From Spirochaetota bacterium (GTDB lineage Bacteria; Spirochaetota; JAAYUW01; JAOAHJ01): a DNA stretch of 64,000 bases. This document shows, piece by piece, positions 50,727 through 60,096 of the stretch; the stretch's first letter is position 1, and every line of letters begins with the position of its first letter. The translations under genes were made by a program, and so were the position numbers. The stretch is taken from NCBI GenBank assembly GCA_026415295.1, contig JAOAHJ010000002.1, positions 7,509 through 71,508 on the forward strand. Reading direction: 5' to 3'. Below the pieces are notes generated by a model. It did not search any database and was not told the DNA's origin. It was given only the letters and a program-made list of their open reading frames with translations.

Positions 50727-51890
50727 ATGAAAAAAATAAAATTTTTTATCTTTATTTTTCTATTATCTCTTTCCAGTTTAATGTTTGCACAAAGTTTTAC
50801 TCAGGTTAATGTTACTATTACAGCTAATGTTACAGCTCAAGTTTACTTAAATGGACAATATAGAGGAAATACCCCCTTAACTCTAACACTTCAAGTAGGA
50901 AGATATTCATTAAAACTTGTTGCAAATGGTTATCAAACCCTTGAAACTTCTATTGAAGTTAAACAAACAGGTTCAAATACTTTTAATTTTAATCTTATTC
51001 CAATTTCTCAACCAGTACAAACTCCACAGCCACAACCTCAACAAACTGGTTATGGAACTCTAATTGTAACAGCTGATTATCCATCTTATGTTTACATAAA
51101 TAATGTAAGATATGGTGAAACTCCTTTTAACAAATCTGTTGCTGCAGGAACATATACACTTGTTGTAGAACCAAAAGATAAAAAGTATCCTGCACAAACT
51201 AGAACTATAACTATAATAGCTAATCAAACGACATCAGTTACAATTCAGTTTGTTGTAGCTCAAAAATACTCCATTACAATTGAAACAAATGTGTCATGTG
51301 AAGTTTATATTAATGGGCAAATTGTTGGAAATACTCCTATCAATATAAATCTTGAAGAGGGAACCTATAACTTAAGACTTGTACCAAGGGTATCTGGCTA
51401 TCAAGAAATGACAACTACCATAAATGTAAATTCAAACAATAGATTTTATTTTACATTACAACAATCAACCTTTAATATTGGTATAAGCACTAATGTTCAA
51501 TGCGATGTTTATATTAATGGTAGACTTGTAGGTACATCACCATTAAATATAAGCTTAACTAGTGGAACATATTCTTTAAGATTAGTTCCTAAAGTTGCTG
51601 GTTATCAAGAACTAAATACTTCATTTACAGTTACCCAAAACAATAATTTTGTATTTACTTTAGAAGCTATTAAAGTTGCTATTAAAATAAATTTGCCACC
51701 TTCAGCTCAATTATATATTAATGGAGAAAAAATTAATTGGAATGCAAAAGATAATATTATTTATTTAGCTCCTGGTAAATATAAAATTAAAATTACTTAT
51801 CATGACTTTGTTATAGAAAAAGAAATTACCATTGAGATGGGGAAATCAATTAGTATAAGCTTAATAATGGATATGGTAATTTCATATTAA
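50727..51890 (+). CDS. Secreted protein with five PEGA domains
   Basis: Signal peptide. Five repeats of the VYINGxxxGxTPL...GxYxLxL...GYQ pattern. Pro/Gln linker PVQTPQPQPQQTGYG. Confidence 0.7.
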   Translation: MKKIKFFIFIFLLSLSSLMFAQSFTQVNVTITANVTAQVYLNGQYRGNTPLTLTLQVGRYSLKLVANGYQTLETSIEVKQTGSNTFNFNLIPISQPVQTPQPQPQQTGYGTLIVTADYPSYVYINNVRYGETPFNKSVAAGTYTLVVEPKDKKYPAQTRTITIIANQTTSVTIQFVVAQKYSITIETNVSCEVYINGQIVGNTPININLEEGTYNLRLVPRVSGYQEMTTTINVNSNNRFYFTLQQSTFNIGISTNVQCDVYINGRLVGTSPLNISLTSGTYSLRLVPKVAGYQELNTSFTVTQNNNFVFTLEAIKVAIKINLPPSAQLYINGEKINWNAKDNIIYLAPGKYKIKITYHDFVIEKEITIEMGKSISISLIMDMVISY

Positions 51891-51960
51891 TTAATATTTA
51901 ATTTAATTTAATTTAATTTAATTTATTTTATTTTATTTTAGTATATTTTATTTTATTTAA
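51891..51960. repeat. Pentanucleotide microsatellite (TTAAT/ATTTA)x6 followed by (ATTTT)n
   Basis: ttaatatttaatttaatttaatttaatttaatttattttattttattttag read directly downstream of the PEGA stop codon. Confidence 0.7.
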
Positions 51961-51980
51961 TATAAAATTATTAAATTTAA

Positions 51981-52024
51981 GGAAGCAGTAAGAAAGATTA
52001 ATTTCTCTTCTGCTTCCTTTTTTA
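51981..52024 (+). terminator. Rho-independent terminator after PEGA gene
   Basis: GGAAGCAG(T)AAGAAAG-loop-CTCTTCTGCTTCC stem followed by TTTTTT. Confidence 0.65.
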
Positions 52025-52124
52025 ATTTATTAAATTTTATTTTTTTAAAATATTAAAATTAATTTATTTTAATTTTTTTTATGATATAAAATCTTTAAAA
52101 AAGAGGAATGTAAACTATTTATTT

Positions 52125-52973
52125 ATGATAAGGCAAAATTATCATACGCACTGTAATCTATGTGACGGAAATAATTCAATAATAGAACTAGTTGAAGAAG
52201 CTATAAAATTTAATATAGAAATATTGGGGTTCTCTTCTCATGCTCCACTACCATTTTTTCAGGACTGGGTTCTTACAAATGAAAAGTTAATTATATATTT
52301 TAATGAAATAGAAAAAGCAATTAAAGATTATCAGGATAAAATAACTATAAAAAAATCGTTAGAAGTAGATTTTATACCGGGAATTTCTTCACCTCAAATT
52401 TTTAAAGAAATATATAACCTAGATTATGTCATTGGTTCAGTTCATTTTCTTCCTTCAGATGAAGATAATTATTTAACTGTTGATGGAGAAGACAACGATT
52501 TTAAATTAATATTAAAAACTGGGTTCAATAATAACATAAAAAAAATGGTTGAATACTACTACTTTCTAATAGAACAGATGTGTATTCAAAATAAAATTGA
52601 TATTATTGGTCACTTTGATTTGATAAAAAAAAATAATAAAAATAGTGCTTTCTTTGATGAAAATGAAAATTGGTACCTACAAATTGTCGAAAATACATTA
52701 AAAAATATAAAAATAAAAAGCTCAAATATTCCTATTTTTGAAATAAATACAGGTGGCATAGCAAGAGGATATATAAAAGAGCCTTATCCATCATTGAAAA
52801 TAATTAGTTTACTAAAAAAATATAATTTTGACATTACTGTCAATTCTGATTGTCATAATAAAGAAAATTTATTATTTTATTATGATGAGATATATAATAT
52901 TTTAAAAGATATTGGCTTTATGCAAATAATGAAATTAAATGAATACAATAAATGGATAGGAGTTAAAATATAA
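52125..52973 (+). CDS. hisK: Histidinol-phosphatase, PHP/HisJ family
   Basis: N-terminal NYHTHCNLCDG PHP motif. Further His/Asp ligands (GFSSHAP, GSVHF, GHFD, NSDCHN). Confidence 0.65.
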   Translation: MIRQNYHTHCNLCDGNNSIIELVEEAIKFNIEILGFSSHAPLPFFQDWVLTNEKLIIYFNEIEKAIKDYQDKITIKKSLEVDFIPGISSPQIFKEIYNLDYVIGSVHFLPSDEDNYLTVDGEDNDFKLILKTGFNNNIKKMVEYYYFLIEQMCIQNKIDIIGHFDLIKKNNKNSAFFDENENWYLQIVENTLKNIKIKSSNIPIFEINTGGIARGYIKEPYPSLKIISLLKKYNFDITVNSDCHNKENLLFYYDEIYNILKDIGFMQIMKLNEYNKWIGVKI

Positions 52974-52976
52974 GGC

Positions 52977-54248
52977 ATGGAATCAATTAAAAAAATATTT
53001 AAAATAGGTCCTGGTCCTTCTTCAAGTCATACTATTGGACCATCTATTGCATTAAAAAAATTCCTTAATAAAAACTTTGAAATTATTAAAAATGATAAAA
53101 GAAAAATAGACAAAATAATAATCTCTTTATATCATTCACTTGCTTTAACTGGGAAAGGTCATTTTACTGATAAAGTATTGGAAGAAATTATAAAAAAATG
53201 TGTTAATAGTGAAACAAATAATAAATTTACTAAAAATTTTAATTTACAAATAGATTGGAAATACGATGAAAGATTACCTTATCATCCAAATGGTCTAAAA
53301 ATAAAAAGTATTGATCAAAATGGGAATATTATCTTACAAAACATATTTTATAGCATTGGTGGAGGAGATATTGTAGAAGAAATAGATGGCAAGATAATAA
53401 AAGAAGATAGCAAAGAAATTTATTATTACAAAAAAATGGAAGATATATTAAACTATTTAAAAAAAAGTGGTAAAACCTTTTGGGAATACGTAGAAGAAAT
53501 TGAAGGTAAAGAAATATGGGATTTTTTGGAAGAAATATGGGCTAATATGATAAAAAGTATAAAAAATGGGTTAAAAAGTGAAGGCGTATTACCAGGTGAT
53601 CCTTGCCTTCCAAGGAAAGCCTCCATCTATTATACAAAATCTCTTGGTTATAAAGGTACACTGAAAAAAAGAACTCAAATTTTTTCATTTGCTTTAGCAG
53701 TTGCAGAAGAAAATGCCTCTGGAAACATTGTTGTAACAGCTCCTACATGTGGCTCAGCTGGTGTACTTCCAGCAGTTTTATATCACATTATGACAGAGTA
53801 CAATATTGATAATAAAAAGATATTAAAAGCTCTGGCGACTGCAGGCTTGATTGGAAATCTTGTAAAAAATAATGGCTCAATTTCTGGTGCTGAGGTTGGC
53901 TGCCAAGGAGAAATTGGAACAGCTTGTTCTATGGCTTCTGCTGCAGCTACTCAAATATTTGGGGGAACACCTTCTCAAATTGAATATGCGGCAGAAATGG
54001 GGCTTGAACACCATCTAGGACTTACATGTGATCCTGTTGGAGGTTATGTTCAAATTCCATGCATTGAAAGAAATGCTTTTGCTGCAACAAGAGCATTGGA
54101 TATATCAATTTTCTCTATTTTATCAGATGGCTCACACAGAATATCATTTGATAAAATAGTAGAAGTTATGAAAAAAACTGGACACGACCTACCTCATATC
54201 TATAAAGAAACATCCCTTGGAGGACTTGCAAGTATAGAGTTAGAATAA
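52977..54248 (+). CDS. sdaA: L-serine dehydratase (Fe-S dependent, fused beta-alpha single chain)
   Basis: GPGPSSSHTIGP (beta N-terminus). Alpha-chain core APTCGSAGVLPAV, GAEVGCQGEIGTACSMA, LEHHLGLTCDPVGG. Confidence 0.85.
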   Translation: MESIKKIFKIGPGPSSSHTIGPSIALKKFLNKNFEIIKNDKRKIDKIIISLYHSLALTGKGHFTDKVLEEIIKKCVNSETNNKFTKNFNLQIDWKYDERLPYHPNGLKIKSIDQNGNIILQNIFYSIGGGDIVEEIDGKIIKEDSKEIYYYKKMEDILNYLKKSGKTFWEYVEEIEGKEIWDFLEEIWANMIKSIKNGLKSEGVLPGDPCLPRKASIYYTKSLGYKGTLKKRTQIFSFALAVAEENASGNIVVTAPTCGSAGVLPAVLYHIMTEYNIDNKKILKALATAGLIGNLVKNNGSISGAEVGCQGEIGTACSMASAAATQIFGGTPSQIEYAAEMGLEHHLGLTCDPVGGYVQIPCIERNAFAATRALDISIFSILSDGSHRISFDKIVEVMKKTGHDLPHIYKETSLGGLASIELE

Positions 54249-54267
54249 GAAATTAGAATAAATAAAA

Positions 54268-55914
54268 TTAATACTTATAACCTCTTTTAAAAAGTTCAAA
54301 TTTTATTTTAGCACTTTTTTCTTCTATGTTTGAAAGTCTTAAAAAATAAATATTTGCTTTATCTTTCTGATTATTTCTTTCATAAATTAATGCAATAGTT
54401 AAAAGAATCTCTGCTTCCATTTTTTTGTCACCCTTTTTATTAAAAAGCTCTACAAGAAAATTAAAATCAGAAATTGCAACTTCAAGTTTATTAAAAATTT
54501 GATTAGGAACAGAGCAAGAGACATTAGCCCTATTAAAATAGACATTTATAGCTTTTTCTATATTCTCATCATTAAATCCCTCTTTTTGTAATTTTTCATT
54601 TATTATTTCAACTGCTCTGTCTAAATATTTATAAGCCTCTAAAACATAGTTAATGGCTTGCATAGGATTTTTAGTTTTACCTCCTTCCATAGCTATCAGA
54701 GAACCTTTATATGCCAAAGCAACTGGTTCTTCAGGATTTAAAATTAAAACTTTTTCAATTATATCTTTCGATTTATCATATTCACCAAGACCAAAGTAAC
54801 CTATAATTTTATCTATATCGCTATTAGATTTTAGCTTCTCTTTAAATTCAGAAGTTATTTTCTCACTCTCTTTTTTCTCTTCCATCTCTTTTTCTTTTTC
54901 AAGTTTTTTAATGGTAGTTTCTAAATCTCTATTATAAAAAGATAATTGTTTTTTCAAAACTTTTCTTTCATTTAAATAGTCAATATTTTTATTAAATCCT
55001 TTAATTTCTATAGGTTTTAAAACTACTTTTTCTTCTTCGTTCTTATATTTACCACCTAAAATATCTGCTTGAGAAAAATTTTCAGGAACAAATATATCAT
55101 AAACTCTTGGACCATTTTCCCATTTTAAACCACCCCCATATCTATTAGATGCTTCTTCTTTTATGTTTAACCAATCATTATTAAAACCATTATCACTTAA
55201 ACCAGATACTATGTAATGAAATGTTTTTCTTCCATCAAGGACTAATTGTAAAAAAGGTGTATTTAATGGAATCTGAATAATTATTTTATTTTTCTCATTA
55301 ACAATATAACATGGTATAAAGACAAAATTTTCCTCATTATAAATGCACATTTTTGCTTTATCTTTTATCTTCCCATCAATCAAAATGAAAATATCCCAGG
55401 GATGCTCTTGATCAAAAGAGATATATTCACCACCATTATAAATTGTTTTAGTAGAACCAGTTTTAGTACCATTAATATCTATATATATACCAATATTTAT
55501 CCCAGATAGTTTACTTTCATAGTTAAAAATGTTTGGAATCTTAAACATAGTAATAGATATTTGCCAAAATGCATAAGGTTCATTTAAAGAATTATCAATC
55601 AAAGGTCTATAAACTTCATAAGATACTAGATCACAAATATTTTTATAGTTATAATTTTCATTTAACGGGTAAGTATATGTTCCATCTCCATTATCATCAG
55701 AAACCTGATCGTTTATCCTTTCAATTATAATACCTCCAGATAAAGCTGGGTCAACATCTATTTTAATTAATTTTTCCAATACCGGTTCAATTAAATTTGA
55801 ACTAAATATAAACCAAAGTGGAATAGATAAGATCAACATAATTTTATAATTTTCTAAAATTAATAATTTTAATTTTTTTATAAAATTTTTAATATTTATT
55901 TTTAACATAATCAA
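54268..55914 (-). CDS. Hypothetical membrane-anchored protein with C-terminal TPR-like helical region (548 aa)
   Basis: N-terminal TM. Central beta-rich region with DNGDGTYTYP. K/E coiled coil then TPR-like C-terminus. Confidence 0.4.
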   Translation of the reverse strand: MIMLKINIKNFIKKLKLLILENYKIMLILSIPLWFIFSSNLIEPVLEKLIKIDVDPALSGGIIIERINDQVSDDNGDGTYTYPLNENYNYKNICDLVSYEVYRPLIDNSLNEPYAFWQISITMFKIPNIFNYESKLSGINIGIYIDINGTKTGSTKTIYNGGEYISFDQEHPWDIFILIDGKIKDKAKMCIYNEENFVFIPCYIVNEKNKIIIQIPLNTPFLQLVLDGRKTFHYIVSGLSDNGFNNDWLNIKEEASNRYGGGLKWENGPRVYDIFVPENFSQADILGGKYKNEEEKVVLKPIEIKGFNKNIDYLNERKVLKKQLSFYNRDLETTIKKLEKEKEMEEKKESEKITSEFKEKLKSNSDIDKIIGYFGLGEYDKSKDIIEKVLILNPEEPVALAYKGSLIAMEGGKTKNPMQAINYVLEAYKYLDRAVEIINEKLQKEGFNDENIEKAINVYFNRANVSCSVPNQIFNKLEVAISDFNFLVELFNKKGDKKMEAEILLTIALIYERNNQKDKANIYFLRLSNIEEKSAKIKFELFKRGYKY

Positions 55915-55927
55915 TAGCTCCTAAAAA

Positions 55928-57232
55928 CTATTTTAATAAAAATGAACCTTTTAATAATAGATTTATTAATCTATAAATAGTACCTTGGGCAAATCCCCCA
56001 AGAATTATACTTCCTATTAAAAACCCTGAAAAAATCATTAAAGTATGAGCAGAAAATATTTGTAAAAATGTATTTTTCAAATAAACATTAATTTTGCTTA
56101 TTTTTTTATCTATTTTTTTTAAGGTTCCTTCTGAATAATTATTATCTCTAGTATTTTTTGAATTTATTTTTTTTTCAAAATCATTATGATAAAAACTAAC
56201 ATACTCCAAAGCTCTAACTTGACATTTATCGATACATTCCCCACACTTTAAACAAGTTGTTAAAATAGGGTTTTTTTCATATTTAATTTTTTGTTCGTCA
56301 ATTGCCATTACAGGGCAGACATTAGCACATCTAAGACATTTAACACATTTATCAAAATTAACTCTTACTCTAAATAAAGATAGTTTATCTAAAAGAGATG
56401 CTAATGCCCCATACGGACAAAAACTCATACAATGGGTTCTTTTCTTAGTTAAAATAGGGAAAATAATAACAGTAGTAAAAAAAATAAGAACTGTAAAAAT
56501 AAACGAAAACATAGTGCTAAAATTAACAAGTTGTTCATATTCAGTTATTAGCTTCCAAGGACAAAACCAGGTACAATATGAAGGAGAAAATGATGCAAGA
56601 GAAGTTAAAATAATTGCTAATAAAAAAGCAAAATTTAAATAACGAATATTTTTAAATTTTTCCGGAATATTGATAAATTTTCTTTTAAATATTCTTGAAG
56701 AACACTCATCCCATCCACCATAAAAACATACCCAGGAGCAAAATCCTCTACCCACAGTTAAACAAGATAATATAAAAATAACAACCATAGCATAAAATGC
56801 TGCAAAATGTCCTGTTAATCTAGCTGGAAAAATAAGTATCTTTTCTAAAAAATAAGGTAATATGACCATCGGAATAACAATATGACAGAAAGGTGTCTCA
56901 TTTAAGAATATTTCTTTATAACTTAAAAACATAGTACCTCTCTCTTCAATAAGCATAGCTATAAAAGTTGGGAAGAAAGTAGCAGCACTGAAAATAAACA
57001 AAATTCTCCTATATTTTGAAATTTCGCCAGTTTGAATAATCTTAAAAAAAAGATAGAATAAAAAAAGTATTACTAAAATCCCAGATAATTTTGAAATATT
57101 ATCATTTGCATTAAAAAGATTAAAGAAAAACAGAAGGATTAGCATGAGTAAAAAAATAATAATTTTTGCTAATAGATTATAACTGGGAACTTCCCTATTT
57201 ATTTTTATATTTTCTTTCTTTATTTCTTTCAT
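55928..57232 (-). CDS. Membrane polyferredoxin, NapH/MauN/CcoG-like 4Fe-4S protein
   Basis: Multi-TM. GRGFCSWVCFYGG motif. Two ferredoxin clusters CVKCLRCANVCP and CLKCGECIDKC. Extra C-terminal TM. Confidence 0.65.
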   Translation of the reverse strand: MKEIKKENIKINREVPSYNLLAKIIIFLLMLILLFFFNLFNANDNISKLSGILVILFLFYLFFKIIQTGEISKYRRILFIFSAATFFPTFIAMLIEERGTMFLSYKEIFLNETPFCHIVIPMVILPYFLEKILIFPARLTGHFAAFYAMVVIFILSCLTVGRGFCSWVCFYGGWDECSSRIFKRKFINIPEKFKNIRYLNFAFLLAIILTSLASFSPSYCTWFCPWKLITEYEQLVNFSTMFSFIFTVLIFFTTVIIFPILTKKRTHCMSFCPYGALASLLDKLSLFRVRVNFDKCVKCLRCANVCPVMAIDEQKIKYEKNPILTTCLKCGECIDKCQVRALEYVSFYHNDFEKKINSKNTRDNNYSEGTLKKIDKKISKINVYLKNTFLQIFSAHTLMIFSGFLIGSIILGGFAQGTIYRLINLLLKGSFLLK

Positions 57233-57308
57233 GATTTCATCCTCAATAAACTTTTATTGTTTTTTCTAAAAATAAAATAAAATTTAATTAAATCTTCCAA
57301 TACTATAA

Positions 57309-58064
57309 TTATTTAAACCTGACACTAATTAAATAAAATAATCCCTCAAATAGAAAAAAATAAACCCCAATAATGAACATAGCTACTCTTGAAATAAATT
57401 GTAAATTATTTTTTACCTCTTCTTTCTTTTCTTTCCATAAATTATTTAATAAACCAGTTAATAATAAAGGTAAAAGAAATATTGTTGTTCCCAAAAAGAA
57501 AGAAAAAAAGTAAAGTATTCCAGAAAAAATTGACTGTGTAACACTATTGCTAGAAAATGTAAAAACCCTTGTTATTGCAAAGATAAAAGGTGAACAAATA
57601 TTTAAACCTGCAAGAAATCCTAATATAAATGAATATAATCTTTCATTGTTAAGATTAATATTTTTTCTTAAAAAGATGATAGGAAATTTTAAAAAACATC
57701 TATTATTTTTTAACCTATCCTTTTTATTATCATCTTCAAATTTAATTAAATCCTCTTTCAAAAATAAAAACTTAATGCTATTTGTTATAAAAAGTAAACC
57801 TATCAAAACCCAAGATAATCTTTTTAATAAAATCTGAACTTTTGGATCAACATAACCAAGTAAATAGTAACCTGAAATCCCTACTATGCCACCAACTGAT
57901 AAATAAGAAATTAATCTTCCAAAAATAAATAAAATCCATTTAATACTACTATCCTTTAGACCTTTTATTTGAGATAATAAAAATGGTAATAACACTGGAT
58001 AACAGCTCATTATGCAAGAAGTTCCTGTTGATAATCCTACTAAAAATCCTTCTATATAAAACAT
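57309..58064 (-). CDS. DsbD_2/CcdA-like polytopic membrane protein (putative thiol-disulfide or metal transporter)
   Basis: TM1 TSCIMSCYPVLLPFLL resembles the CcdA CxxP.LP pattern. About 6 TM helices. Confidence 0.4.
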   Translation of the reverse strand: MFYIEGFLVGLSTGTSCIMSCYPVLLPFLLSQIKGLKDSSIKWILFIFGRLISYLSVGGIVGISGYYLLGYVDPKVQILLKRLSWVLIGLLFITNSIKFLFLKEDLIKFEDDNKKDRLKNNRCFLKFPIIFLRKNINLNNERLYSFILGFLAGLNICSPFIFAITRVFTFSSNSVTQSIFSGILYFFSFFLGTTIFLLPLLLTGLLNNLWKEKKEEVKNNLQFISRVAMFIIGVYFFLFEGLFYLISVRFK

Positions 58065-58195
58065 TTTTTCTCCTTTTTAATTAATTTTTATTCTTTTAAA
58101 TATTATTTTTTAATAAATTTTTTTATTAATTTTTTATTCCTTAATTGTATATTTAAATATTTATTATCTTAAATTTTGAATACTTTTTTATCCTT

Positions 58196-58942
58196 TTAAT
58201 CTTCATATTTTTGTAAAATTTTCTTTGCAACTTTTGCATGTTTTGAGTCAGGAGCAACTGCAATACAATCTTTCAATGCTTTTATTCCTTCTTTTAATTT
58301 CTTTTGAAATATTCTAAGTCTACCAAGAATCAGATAGTATTGAGCTTTAGATGTATTTGAAATAGATGAAAACTTTGAATAAATATAATTTAGATCTTCT
58401 TCAATAACTTTTTCTCTTGAAAATGGAGTAGATTCAGTAATAGAAATCCCATTTTCTGCTCTTAAAAATCTTAAAATTAAGTTATCTTTATCATTTTTAA
58501 CAGATTCATCAAGCAGTTTAAAACCTTCACTTAGCTTCATAGATGCACCTATTAAATTATTTTTCATTGCAAGTGCATTACCTACAAGTGTCACAGAACT
58601 TCCTAAGTATCCCATTGCTAAATATTTATATTTAGTTCCTTTATATTTAGATAATGTAGATACAGCTAATTCTGAATATTTTGGGGAATTATTAATAGCT
58701 AAGTTATGATATGCAATACCTGTATATAAAATTGAATTTTCATCAACTAAATCCTTATATTTATCAATAATTGCAAGTAATTCTTTTTCATCTTCAGTTT
58801 CAATAATTTTACTTATAATATTTAATTCATCATTTGAATTATCAGCTGAAATATTTAAAGATAACAAAATCGAATTTACAAATAAAAGTAAAAAAACAGA
58901 TATAAAAAAAATAAAATAATTTTGAAAAAAATTTTTTCTCAT
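58196..58942 (-). CDS. Secreted hypothetical protein (signal peptide, helical)
   Basis: N-terminal signal peptide FIFFISVFLLLFVNSILLSLNISA. No catalytic motif. Confidence 0.4.
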   Translation of the reverse strand: MRKNFFQNYFIFFISVFLLLFVNSILLSLNISADNSNDELNIISKIIETEDEKELLAIIDKYKDLVDENSILYTGIAYHNLAINNSPKYSELAVSTLSKYKGTKYKYLAMGYLGSSVTLVGNALAMKNNLIGASMKLSEGFKLLDESVKNDKDNLILRFLRAENGISITESTPFSREKVIEEDLNYIYSKFSSISNTSKAQYYLILGRLRIFQKKLKEGIKALKDCIAVAPDSKHAKVAKKILQKYED

Positions 58943-59049
58943 TTTTCAACTCCTTAAAAAATTATTTTAATCATAAAAGTTATCAAAACAATAGATTAAA
59001 TTTAAGCTTTAATAAATAGGGAAAAAGTATTATTTTTTAAAAATCATAC

Positions 59050-60093
59050 TTAAGGTTGAGACAAAATTTTATTAATTAAATCAACTTTATGTTTAGAATC
59101 TGTTTTTTTATAGATATTAGTAATATGAGTTTTTACAGTTGCTATTGATATAGAAAGTTCATTTGAAATCTCTTTATAGCTTTTACCTTTAATTAAAAGA
59201 ATTAATATCTCTTTTTCCCTTTCAGTAAGATTAAAACTTTTTAATTTTGATAAAAGCTTTTCATTTTTATTATTTAGCTCATCAATTTTCATAGAATAAT
59301 TATTCAAAGAGTATTTATTAAATGGTTTGTTAAAACTAGATATTTTGTTTAACTTAATTATTTCTAAAATATATATTATTGACCACAATACAAAAAATAT
59401 GGGAAAAAATCTAATACCAATCTTAGAAATAAAATTAAATGGAAAAATATTAAATCCTGAAAAAAGATCAAAAAAGAATAAAGGCAAAAATATCAAAGAA
59501 AGCTTTGCAATTTTTTTAATATATATTTCCCAAAAATTAAGACCTGTAAAATTATTTTTAGAAGAAATATTGTTTTCTGTTAAATTATTACTTTCATTCT
59601 TGTGTTTATATTTTAAAAATCTTATTCTAAATATAAGTAAACCTCTTAAACAAGTAAAGGCAATTATAAAAAAATAAATAAAGTATACAGAAATAAAAAT
59701 TAAAGAATTAAACTTATCTATTATATAAAAAAATATTATTAATAAAAATAACAACAAAGAAATAAATAAGATAAATTTTAAAAAATTTTTAAATTTACTT
59801 TTATCTTCTGAAAGAATTAAAGCAAAATTTGGTATAGCAAAGATACCAAGACATACCCCAGCCATAGAAAAAATATTAAAAATTGTTTCTAAAATTTTGT
59901 TTTCAATATTCAATAAAGAATAAATAGTAGAACCAAACATTAATAAAAAAAATGAAAATATCATTAGAAAATGGGCACTTTCAATATCTTTATTTTCAAT
60001 TGTAATCAAAGTTTTAAAAGCAGAAACTAAAACTGTTGTAAAAGTAATAGTATAACATAAAAACCAATAAATTATTTTAATAAAAGAAATCAT
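59050..60093 (-). CDS. Membrane-integrated LuxR-family transcriptional regulator (polytopic N-terminus plus C-terminal HTH)
   Basis: About 7 TM helices. C-terminal LuxR HTH (LTEREKEILILLIKGKSYKEISNELSISIATVKTHITNIYKK). Confidence 0.7.
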   Translation of the reverse strand: MISFIKIIYWFLCYTITFTTVLVSAFKTLITIENKDIESAHFLMIFSFFLLMFGSTIYSLLNIENKILETIFNIFSMAGVCLGIFAIPNFALILSEDKSKFKNFLKFILFISLLLFLLIIFFYIIDKFNSLIFISVYFIYFFIIAFTCLRGLLIFRIRFLKYKHKNESNNLTENNISSKNNFTGLNFWEIYIKKIAKLSLIFLPLFFFDLFSGFNIFPFNFISKIGIRFFPIFFVLWSIIYILEIIKLNKISSFNKPFNKYSLNNYSMKIDELNNKNEKLLSKLKSFNLTEREKEILILLIKGKSYKEISNELSISIATVKTHITNIYKKTDSKHKVDLINKILSQP

Positions 60094-60096
60094 AAA

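Noticed and set aside
51891-51960. Possible CRISPR array
   Set aside because: The only tandem repeats are 5-nt microsatellite units with no spacers. No 25-40-nt direct repeats with unique spacers and no cas genes appear anywhere in the window.
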